Shown piece by piece: positions 31,857 to 39,578 of a stretch of DNA of 64,000 bases. Positions within the stretch are counted from its first letter, which is position 1; each line of letters opens with the position of its first letter. The DNA lies in NCBI GenBank assembly GCA_009379825.1, contig WHTA01000023.1, forward strand, positions 892 through 64,891, read 5' to 3'. Source of the DNA: Streptosporangiales bacterium (GTDB lineage Bacteria > Actinomycetota > Actinomycetes > Streptosporangiales > WHST01). Position numbers and translations under genes: made by a program. Under the pieces are notes generated by a model. It did no database searches and was not told the DNA's origin. It was given only the letters and a program-made list of their open reading frames with translations.

Positions 31857-32749
31857 ATGACGTCCCGGCGTACGGTGTTGATCACCGGTGGTACGGGGAG
31901 CCTGGGGTTCCAGGCAGCGAAGGCGATCGTCGCCGACGGGGGCTGGGACGTCGTCGTCACCGGACGCTCGGGCGCCGGGGTCGCGGACGCCGCCGGCGAG
32001 CTGGGCGAGCGCGCCACCGGGCGCCGACTCGACCTCGGCTCGCTCGCCGAGGTCCGCCGGTTCGCGCGGGAGCTGCCGCCACTGCACGCGGTGGTCTGCA
32101 ACGCGGGTCTGCACACGGTCGCCGGCACGCGGTTCACCAGCAACGGCATCGAGGAGACGTTCGGCGTGAACCACCTCGCGCACTTCCTGCTGGTGCGCGA
32201 GATCCTGCCGAGCATGCCGGCGCCGGCACGGGTGGTGTTCGTCTCCAGCGCCACCCACGACCCGGCCCAGCGCACCGGCCTGCCGGTGCCGCACTACCCC
32301 GAACGCCCGCGAGCTGGCCTACCCGGACGGCGACACCGAGCCGCCGTTCCAGGCCGGACGGCGCCGCTACACCACGTCGAAGCTATGCAACGTGCTCGCC
32401 GCCTACGAGTTCGCCCGCCGGGTGTCGCCGGGTGTCGCCGGACGTCGCCACCTTCAACGCGTTCGACCCCGGCCAGCTGCCCGGCACCGGGCGCGCCCGC
32501 GACTACCCGCCGGTCCGGGCGTTCGCCTGGCGGTACGTGATGCCCGCGCTGGCCGCCGTGCCGTGGCTCAACGTGCACACCCCCAGGCGGTCCGGTGCCG
32601 CGCTCGCCCGGCTCGTCCTCGACCCCGCACTGGCCGGCACCACCGGCAAGTACTTCTCCGGTACGCGTGAGCTCCCGTCGTCCGAGGACTCCTACGACCA
32701 GGCGAAGGCCGTGGACCTGTGGCACACCAGCGTCGCGCTGACCAGCTGA
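31857..32749 (+). pseudogene. Short-chain dehydrogenase/reductase with two frameshifts
   Basis: The N-terminal part (TGGTGSLG, NAG) is in the frame of ORF 31857..32540. The catalytic YTTSK segment is in the frame of ORF 32392..32670. The C-terminus is in ORF 32432..32749. The frame switches coincide with a C4 run (32297-32300) and a perfect 10-bp tandem duplication (32421-32440). Confidence 0.75.
32421..32440 (+). repeat. Perfect 10-bp tandem duplication ggtgtcgccg x2 inside the SDR gene
   Basis: Read directly: 32421-32430 = 32431-32440 = ggtgtcgccg. Removing one copy restores RRVSPDVATFNAFDPGQLPGTG in one frame. Confidence 0.95.
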
Positions 32750-32761
32750 CCGTACGGGCCG

Positions 32762-34315
32762 TCAGCCCGCCCGCGGTTCTGCGCCCAACCCGGTGGCCGC
32801 ACGCACGGTCAGCTCGGTGAAGCTGCGGTCGCCGTCGTCGCGCCCGCCCAGCTTCGAGCCGAGCCAGCACGCGAGGAAGCCGAGCGGGATGGAGATCGGT
32901 GTCGGGTAGTCCAGCGGGTACGGCGCGGTCTCCGGCCCGCCCGGCCAGACGATCGGGCTGAGCCCGATCAGGACGGCGGAGCTGACCAGGCCGACGCTGA
33001 TCCCGATGACGGCGCCCGCCGTGGTGAAACCGCGCCAGCTCAGCGCGAGCACGAGGGCGGGGAAGTTCGCGCTCGCCGCCACGGAGAGCGCCAGACCGAC
33101 GAGGAACGCGACGTTGAAGTCCGGGCCGGCCACCAGGGTGATGATCACGGCCAGCAGGCCGATGCCGCCGGCGGACAGCCGTGCCACCCGGGTCTGCTGC
33201 CGTTCTGACACCTGCCCGCGCCTGATCACGTTCGCCCAGAGGTCGTGCGCCGCCGCGCCGGACGCGGACAGCACCAGCCCCGCGACCACCGCGAGGATGG
33301 TCGCGAACGCGACGGCGCTGACGAACGCCATGAACAGGTCACCGCCGAGCGTGCCCGGCCCGCCGCCGAGGTGCTCGGCGAGCAGTGGCACCGCCAGGTT
33401 CCCGCCCGGGCCGGCCGCCTCCTCACCCTCGGAGCCGAGCAGGGCGCGCGCACCGAAGCCGATGATCGAGGTGAGGAAGAAGAACGTGCCCGTGATGCCG
33501 AGTGCCCACGCACCGGACCTGCGGGCCGTACCGGAGTCCGGCACGGTGAAGAAGCGCATCAGGATGTGCGGCAGCGCTGCCGTACCCACGACGAACGCCA
33601 ACGCGATGGAGATCGTGTTCATCGGTGTGCGTTCCGATGCGCCTGGCGCGAGGTAGCCGAGCTCGAGCGGGTGTGCCGCGGCCGCGCGGTCGAACAGGTT
33701 GATCGGGTTCCAGCCGACCTGCATCAGCACGCCGACGGTCAGCGCGAACCCCGCGCACAACAACAGCACCGCCTTGGTGATCTGCACCCAGGTCGTGGCC
33801 AGCATGCCGCCGAAGATCACGTAGATGAGCATGGCCGTGCCGGTGACGATCACCGCTGGCGCGAACTCCAGGCCGGTCAGCGCACGGATCAGCACGCCGG
33901 CGCCGACCAGCTGCGCGATGAGGTAGATGGTGACGATGAACAGGCTCGCCGACGCGGTCATCGCCCGCACCGGTTTCGCGCGCAACCGGAACGACAGGAC
34001 GTCCGCGATGGTGAACTGCCCGGCGTTGCGCATCCGCTCCGCGAACAGCAACAGGATCAGCAGGAAGGCCAACACCGAGGCGACCGGCGCGACCCACCCG
34101 TCGAACCCGACGAGGAAGATCATCCCGGTGAACCCGAGGAACGTCGCCGCCGACATCAGATCACCGGCGATCGCGAAGCCGTTCTGCGTGGCGGAGACGT
34201 TGCGACCGGCGGCCCAGTAGTCGGTCGTGGTGCTGGTGCGTTTGGACGCCCAGTACGTGATGCCGAGGGTCAGCGCGATGAGGCACGCGAAGGCGGCAAG
34301 CCTGAAGATGTTCAC
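32762..34315 (-). CDS. actP: Cation/acetate symporter (sodium:solute symporter family)
   Basis: 517 aa polytopic membrane protein with an SSS-family N-terminus (DYWAAGRNVSATQNGFAIAGDLMSAATFLG). Its start overlaps the stop of the upstream DUF485 gene by 4 nt, the typical yjcH-actP arrangement. Confidence 0.85.
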   Translation of the reverse strand: MNIFRLAAFACLIALTLGITYWASKRTSTTTDYWAAGRNVSATQNGFAIAGDLMSAATFLGFTGMIFLVGFDGWVAPVASVLAFLLILLLFAERMRNAGQFTIADVLSFRLRAKPVRAMTASASLFIVTIYLIAQLVGAGVLIRALTGLEFAPAVIVTGTAMLIYVIFGGMLATTWVQITKAVLLLCAGFALTVGVLMQVGWNPINLFDRAAAAHPLELGYLAPGASERTPMNTISIALAFVVGTAALPHILMRFFTVPDSGTARRSGAWALGITGTFFFLTSIIGFGARALLGSEGEEAAGPGGNLAVPLLAEHLGGGPGTLGGDLFMAFVSAVAFATILAVVAGLVLSASGAAAHDLWANVIRRGQVSERQQTRVARLSAGGIGLLAVIITLVAGPDFNVAFLVGLALSVAASANFPALVLALSWRGFTTAGAVIGISVGLVSSAVLIGLSPIVWPGGPETAPYPLDYPTPISIPLGFLACWLGSKLGGRDDGDRSFTELTVRAATGLGAEPRAG

Positions 34316-34677
34316 GAGCGGGGCTCCTCGTCCAGTACGGCGGCCCCCGCACTGTTCCTCGCCGCCTCCTCAAGCCCGGTGAACGAGCGCCGGGACAACC
34401 GCAGGTAGGCGAACGTCATGATGCCGGCGACCACGAACACGCTCGTGCCGAACAGGTAGCCGACGGTGAGTCCGCGGTAGACGAACGCACCCATCACGCC
34501 TGGTGCGTAGCACACCAGGCCGAGGAACACGGCGAACCAGCCGAGCGCGATCACGAGCGCAACCACGACGAAGCGCCTGCGGCTGCGGGTCAGCTGTCTG
34601 AACGCCACCGAGTTGGCGATGGCGTCCCAGTCGGGCTCTGGCTCCTCGGCGGATGCACGTTGCTGTGGACCGGACAT
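34312..34677 (-). CDS. DUF485 (YjcH-like) small membrane protein
   Basis: ORF 34312..34818 trimmed to ATG at 34677 (121 aa). Two TM helices. FRQLTRSRRRFV is typical of DUF485 partners of ActP. Confidence 0.8.
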   Translation of the reverse strand: MSGPQQRASAEEPEPDWDAIANSVAFRQLTRSRRRFVVVALVIALGWFAVFLGLVCYAPGVMGAFVYRGLTVGYLFGTSVFVVAGIMTFAYLRLSRRSFTGLEEAARNSAGAAVLDEEPRS

Positions 34678-34708
34678 CAGGTCCTCGTCTCGGGAGAGGG
34701 CGGGGCGG

Positions 34709-36184
34709 CTAGGTGGCGGACGGGGCGGTCTCGCTGTGACGGACGGTGTCGATGATGCCGGTGGCGGCCTCCCAGTTGTAGGTGCGGAAGCTGTGGCCAC
34801 GGGTGACGAACTGCGCACCGGCGTAGAACATCTCGTACTGCACGTGTCGCGACGCGAACTCGGAGCCGACGGCGTCCCACGCGAGCTTCAGGAACCGGAC
34901 CCGCTCGTCCGGCTCCATCGCGGGCGACAGCTGCGTCTTGGCGATGATCCTGGCCAGGTCGGGTGCGTCGAAGTCGGCCACCGACGACGGCAGCATGATC
35001 AGCGACCCGCCGGCGAGCTCCCTGATGGTCGCGACCAGCTGCGGGTACAGCTCCTGGGTCAGCACCTGGGCGCTGTAGACGAAGTGCTTGTTCGGTACGT
35101 ACGCGCCCCCGACCTGGCTGCCGGCGACCTCGATGCCGTTCAGCATGGCCTCCACCCCGGCGGCCTGCGCCGCGAGGTGACCGAGCCGTTCCGCCACGGC
35201 CGGGATGCTGCTGGTGCCGATGACGTCCGCCAACCGCCGCGCGACGCCGGCGAGGAACCGCGCCTTCACGGCGAGGCGCACCTGCGCCTGGTAGTTCTGG
35301 TAGATGTGCCCGAAGGTGTCGTGGAACTGGGCACGCGCCATGTTCACGTCGCGGTCCACGAACACCCGGTCCCAGGGCACCTTGACGTCGTCGAAGTAGA
35401 CGAGCGCGTCGTTCTCGTCGAACCGGCACGACAGCGGGTTGTCGAACTCCGAGACGGCCGCGGCTTCGTACGACTTGCGCGAAAGCACCTTCAGGCCCGG
35501 GACGTTCATCGGCACGGCGAACGAGATCGCGTACTTCTCCTCGCCAGGCTTCAGCGGCTGCAGGTTGGCGACGAAGAGCTCGTTGGCCATGATCGAGCTG
35601 GTGCCGAGCATCTTCGCGCCGCGCACGGTGATGCCGGTCGTGTCCTCGTCCACCACGCCGGCGACCAGGTCCTCGTCCGGCTGGTCACCCCAGGCCTTCG
35701 ACCGGTCGACCTGCGGGTTGATGATCGTGTAGGTGAGGAAGAGGTCCTCGGCGGCCGCGTACTCGAAGTAGTCGAGCAGCGCCTGCGCGCCGCGTTCCTC
35801 GTGCTGGCGCAGCGTGTCGATGCCGATGACCTGGCCGACGAGCGCCGAGGCCACGTGGTCGGGTGAGCGGCCCATGTAGCCCGCGGTCAGCTCGGCCCAC
35901 GAGGTCATGGCGTGCCGCCGTTCGACCATCTCCGCGTGGTTCGCCGGGATCTGCCACGAACGGTTGATCCGCCGGCCGTTCTTCGCCTGTACGGTCATCC
36001 GTTCCACATTGGCCGGATCCGCCTGGTAGTCGTACAGCAGCGCAGCCGACCACACTGCGTTGCGGAACGCCTGGTGCTCCGTGACGTCGGCGACGAGCTC
36101 GCCGTCCAGGAACACTTGTCGCCCGTCGCGCAACGAGGCAAGGTGCTCCGCACCAGTCTTCGTCGTAGCCATCGCAGCTCCCAT
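34709..36184 (-). CDS. 4-hydroxyphenylacetate 3-monooxygenase oxygenase-component family (HpaB-like, FADH2-dependent)
   Basis: 491 aa. N-terminus GAEHLASLRDGRQVFLDGELV and overall HpaB-like layout. No flavin reductase partner in the window. Confidence 0.8.
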   Translation of the reverse strand: MGAAMATTKTGAEHLASLRDGRQVFLDGELVADVTEHQAFRNAVWSAALLYDYQADPANVERMTVQAKNGRRINRSWQIPANHAEMVERRHAMTSWAELTAGYMGRSPDHVASALVGQVIGIDTLRQHEERGAQALLDYFEYAAAEDLFLTYTIINPQVDRSKAWGDQPDEDLVAGVVDEDTTGITVRGAKMLGTSSIMANELFVANLQPLKPGEEKYAISFAVPMNVPGLKVLSRKSYEAAAVSEFDNPLSCRFDENDALVYFDDVKVPWDRVFVDRDVNMARAQFHDTFGHIYQNYQAQVRLAVKARFLAGVARRLADVIGTSSIPAVAERLGHLAAQAAGVEAMLNGIEVAGSQVGGAYVPNKHFVYSAQVLTQELYPQLVATIRELAGGSLIMLPSSVADFDAPDLARIIAKTQLSPAMEPDERVRFLKLAWDAVGSEFASRHVQYEMFYAGAQFVTRGHSFRTYNWEAATGIIDTVRHSETAPSAT

Positions 36185-36229
36185 CGCTCGCGGGCGGCAG
36201 CTTGGCAGATATAGTGCAGTTACTTAGCT

Positions 36230-36250
36230 ACTTACGTCAATGACTTGAGT
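36230..36250. promoter_or_regulatory. Imperfect 21-bp palindrome in the HpaB/MarR divergent region (candidate MarR operator)
   Basis: acttacGTCAaTGACttgagt centred on 36240. It is flanked by direct repeats TACTTA (36221, 36229) and AGTTAC (36218, 36248), in an AT-richer 105-bp intergenic region. Confidence 0.35.
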
Positions 36251-36289
36251 TACCAATATTTGCGGCGCCGCGGATTTGGGGGCAGTGCT

Positions 36290-36871
36290 ATGGCCAGCCA
36301 GGAACGGGCAGCACGCGCCACGGACGGCTCGACCGTCCCGCTCACCATCACCCGCCAGGAGCTGCTGGTGGACGGCTCGGACGTGAAGTTCCGCGAGCTC
36401 GTGCACGACATGCTCGCGCTCGGCGCCCGCCACGAGGCGGTCAGGAACGGCCACGCCAGCTACATCGGCCTGTCCGGCGCGCAGTACACCACGCTCGTCA
36501 CCATCAGGCACCTGCAGGACACCCCGGCAACGGTGCGGCTGATCGCCGAGCACCTGCACGTCAGCCCGACCTTCGTCACCGCGGAGACGAACAAGCTGCA
36601 ACGCAGCGGCCTGATCACCAAGACCCGCAGCAAGACCGACTCACGCGCGGTGAACCTGGCCGTCACACCGGCCGGCCATCAGCTGCTCGCGGAGCTGGCC
36701 CCCGCCCAGCGGCGGGTCAACGACGAGCAGTTCGCCGAGCTGACCGCGGAGGAGTTCCACGAGCTGCACCGCCTGGTGCGGCGGCTGGTCCGTACGAGCG
36801 ACAATGCCATCGCGCGACAACGCGTCATCTCGTCCCGAGCTACCCAGCCGAACGTCAAGCGTCACCCGTAA
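36290..36871 (+). CDS. MarR-family transcriptional regulator
   Basis: ORF 36245..36871 trimmed to ATG at 36290. Winged-HTH region LIAEHLHVSPTFVTAETNKLQRSGLITKTRSKTDSRAVNLAVTPAG. Confidence 0.85.
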   Translation: MASQERAARATDGSTVPLTITRQELLVDGSDVKFRELVHDMLALGARHEAVRNGHASYIGLSGAQYTTLVTIRHLQDTPATVRLIAEHLHVSPTFVTAETNKLQRSGLITKTRSKTDSRAVNLAVTPAGHQLLAELAPAQRRVNDEQFAELTAEEFHELHRLVRRLVRTSDNAIARQRVISSRATQPNVKRHP

Positions 36872-37409
36872 GAACCCTGCGCATGCCGCCGGCGAGGGCG
36901 CCGCCGTCGACCGGGAGCACGATGCCGGTGATCCACGAGGCGTCGTCGGACGCGAGGAAGGCAACGGCAACCGCGATGTCGTCGGGCTCACCGATCCGGC
37001 CGAGCGGACAGCGGGTGCTCATCCCGGCCAGGTCGTCCGGCTGACCGTCCCATGCGCGGGTGCGGGTCGTACCCGGGGCGACCAGGTTGAACCGCACTCC
37101 GTGGCGACCGTACTGTGCGGCGAGGTTGGCATTGAGGTTCTGCAGACCGGCCTTCGCTGCGGAGTACGGTTCGCTACCCAGCGACGCCAGGCCGTTGACC
37201 GACCCGATCGTCACCACGCTGCCACCCGCGGGCGCGGCCAGCAGATGCGGCAGCGCGGCACGTATACAGCGCGCGACACCGGTGAGGTTGAGGTCGACGA
37301 TCAGCTCCCAGCTGTCGTCGCTGAGGTCCGGGAACGCGGGATGCGCACGGTCGCCCCCTGCCGCGTTGATCGCGATGGTGTTGGAGTAGGTGCCGTCCTC
37401 TGTGGACCT
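36855..37409 (-). pseudogene. 5'-truncated SDR-family oxidoreductase remnant
   Basis: The open frame from 37409 contains INAAG (NNAG-like), GSVNG, YSAAKAG (YxxxK) and PG motifs. It is bounded upstream by an in-frame TGA (37410-37412). The ~65-aa Rossmann N-terminus is missing, and only ~150 bp remain before the next gene. Confidence 0.55.
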
Positions 37410-37560
37410 TCAAGTGATGGACGTGCCACGTCGTGGTTCTGCGGACGACCAGTAGTAGCGCGGCTGTCCGCTCTCGATCCGCACGGGATCGAGCCTGTCT
37501 CCGGCTCGTCGGCGGAGGCAGACCGCGCGGACACCAGTGCGCCCGTGGCGGCGAGCCTCG

Positions 37561-37905
37561 CTATGCCGTTCCCGCGACGCCGATGACCTGGCCGTCGAGG
37601 TCGACGAACTGTCCCGTGACGAGCTCCCCCGGCGTGCCTTGCGGCCCCTTCGTACGGGTCGCGCCGAGGCGTTCGGCTCGCTGCAGCGCCTGCTCCACGT
37701 CGGGCACGGAGACGTAGAACATGACGCCAGGCTCGGCGCCGTTGTCGATGCTGCCGTTGATCCCCGTGTTGCCCGCGTCGTCCTTCGTCGTGCTCCCGTC
37801 GAGGAAGCCCTCGCCGTCGTCGGTCATGGCCAGCTGCCAACCGAACAGCTCGCGGTAGAAGCGGCACGATGCGGCGGAGTCACGGCTGGTGATCTGGAAG
37901 TGCAC
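37561..37905 (-). CDS. VOC (glyoxalase/bleomycin-resistance/dioxygenase) family protein
   Basis: 114 aa. MHFQITSRDSAASCRFYRELFGW N-terminus and small betaalphabetabetabeta-module size. Confidence 0.8.
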   Translation of the reverse strand: MHFQITSRDSAASCRFYRELFGWQLAMTDDGEGFLDGSTTKDDAGNTGINGSIDNGAEPGVMFYVSVPDVEQALQRAERLGATRTKGPQGTPGELVTGQFVDLDGQVIGVAGTA

Positions 37906-37983
37906 GACTGGCTGTCCATGGTTCTGTCCTTTCCTCCGTACGTTCTACCGGCGACGTCGGAGCCGAGCCACGGTTCTCGACAC

Positions 37984-38598
37984 TCACTCCTCGATCTGGA
38001 CCGCGAGCGGAGGGTGGAAGGACGCCACGAGCCGCCGCAGCGGCGGCACCGAGACCCCGGACGCCACGAGCGAGGTGTCAGGCAGGAAGTGCACGGTGGT
38101 CCCCGTCGGCTCGCCACCGTCGACGGCCGCCAGATCGGTGACCGGCAGCCCGTGCTCGTAACGCTGCGTCCAGGCGCCGTCGGCGTGCCTGTTCGTGTGG
38201 ACCAGCCAGGTGCTCAGCGCGGCCACGACCGACAGTCCGCGCCGCGGCCGGCCGTCGGGCAGCAGCACCGGGTCGGCACGGTCGAAGAACCTGAGGTCCT
38301 TCGTCGCCAGCACCGGCTTCTTCACCGTGCGGCCCTGGTCGTCGGTGCGGGTGTCGGTGCCGCGGCCGTGGTCGGTGACCGCCACCGAACCGTCGGCGTG
38401 CAGCCGTACGACGGCCCGCCCGGAACCCGTCGCCGCGGCCTCGTCGGCCGCGTACGCGAGCACCTCGAGCACCAGGTGCACCACGCCGCCTGGCGCGTAA
38501 CTCGCCGGCGCCGCGCGGATCTGCGCCAGGTGCCCGGCGTCCAGCTCCCTCGTCCAGTCGTGCGTCGTGTTACGCCATGTTCGAGGTGAGCCGGTCAT
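37984..38598 (-). CDS. Stand-alone GyrB-N-terminal-like GHKL domain protein (probably ATPase-dead)
   Basis: ORF trimmed to ATG at 38598 (204 aa). By eye it aligns with the GyrB ATPase domain: HLVLEVLAYAADEA vs EVVDNxxDEA (the Mg-ATP Asn becomes Tyr), TDHGRG vs DNGRG, GLSVVAALST vs GVSVVNALS, GTTVHFLPD. Confidence 0.6.
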   Translation of the reverse strand: MTGSPRTWRNTTHDWTRELDAGHLAQIRAAPASYAPGGVVHLVLEVLAYAADEAAATGSGRAVVRLHADGSVAVTDHGRGTDTRTDDQGRTVKKPVLATKDLRFFDRADPVLLPDGRPRRGLSVVAALSTWLVHTNRHADGAWTQRYEHGLPVTDLAAVDGGEPTGTTVHFLPDTSLVASGVSVPPLRRLVASFHPPLAVQIEE

Positions 38599-38613
38599 CC
38601 CACCATTGTCGGT

Positions 38614-38874
38614 GTGGCGCGCGACAATGGGATCATGAGGGGCGACACGGTGGAGGTCGTCGTCGATGCCGGCGGCCAGACCAAGACCTACGAGATCGCG
38701 GCCACGCGCATCGGCCGCCGGGTCGAGGTCGCCACCTCGCGCAGCGTCATCGAGGTGAGCGAGGTGACCCGTGCGGGCACGGTGATCCGTACCGCCAGGT
38801 TCATGGCCAACCGGGTCATCGCACTCGTGGAGCACCCGGCCACCGACGGCACCCGCGCCGGCGGCGCGGAGTAG
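38614..38874 (+). CDS. Small hypothetical protein (79-86 aa)
   Basis: GC3-rich ORF divergent from the GHKL gene. Alternative ATG at 38635 (MRGDTVEVVVDAGGQTKTYEI). No family recognised. Confidence 0.4.
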   Translation: MARDNGIMRGDTVEVVVDAGGQTKTYEIAATRIGRRVEVATSRSVIEVSEVTRAGTVIRTARFMANRVIALVEHPATDGTRAGGAE

Positions 38875-38889
38875 GTGCAGCGGTAGCCG

Positions 38890-39573
38890 TCACTCCAGCC
38901 GCGCGGTCAGGTTCGCCTGCCGGGTACGTCCGGTGTGCTCGCGCATCAGCTGCCTGGCACGCTCCGCGTCGTGGTCGGCGAGCGCCTCGATCAGGGCGTC
39001 GTGCTCGTCCCACGAGGCGATGCCGCGGTTGTGCACGACCGGCCGCAGGTACCACCTGATCCTGCCGTCCAGCGACGCGATCATCTGGCACAGCAGCGCG
39101 TTCCCCGCCAGGTCGGCGATGCGCCGGTGCAGCTCCGAGTTGGTCGCGACCACCCGGTCGTACTCGTGCCCGAGCACGGCGGCACGCCCGCGCGCGGAGA
39201 TCTCCTCCAGCTCGGCGAGCCGTTCGGCACACATGGCCTTGGCGGCCAGCGCGGCGGCCTCGCCCTCCAACGCGGCGCGCACGCCGAACAGCTCGTCCAC
39301 CTCCTCGACGGTGGGCGCGTGCACGAAGGCGCCCCGCCCGGGCCGCAGGTCCACCCAGCCCTGGCTGTGCAGCGCCTGGAAGGCCTCGCGGACGGGCCCG
39401 CGACTCACCTGCAGGCGGTCGGCCACCTCCAGCTCGACGAGGTGCTGCCCGGGCGCGAGCGCGCCGCTGACGATCAGCTCGCGCAGCGTCTCCTCCACCA
39501 AGTGCCGCAACGGCCCCGGCCGCGACACCGGCGTCATCGCCTGGTAGCCGTGGTTGCCCTGGGCCTCGGACAT
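38890..39573 (-). CDS. GntR-family regulator with FCD (FadR C-terminal) domain
   Basis: ORF trimmed to ATG at 39573. wHTH LVELEVADRLQVSRGPVREAFQALHSQGWV, then an all-helical FCD-like domain. Confidence 0.85.
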   Translation of the reverse strand: MSEAQGNHGYQAMTPVSRPGPLRHLVEETLRELIVSGALAPGQHLVELEVADRLQVSRGPVREAFQALHSQGWVDLRPGRGAFVHAPTVEEVDELFGVRAALEGEAAALAAKAMCAERLAELEEISARGRAAVLGHEYDRVVATNSELHRRIADLAGNALLCQMIASLDGRIRWYLRPVVHNRGIASWDEHDALIEALADHDAERARQLMREHTGRTRQANLTARLE

Positions 39574-39578
39574 CGGTC

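Noticed and set aside
37410-37620. Recovering the missing SDR N-terminus in another frame (e.g. GNGIARLAATGALVSARS)
   Set aside because: That frame overlaps the 3' end of the well-supported VOC gene, and the match to TGxxxGxG...LAxxGA is loose. It is probably GC-rich coincidence.
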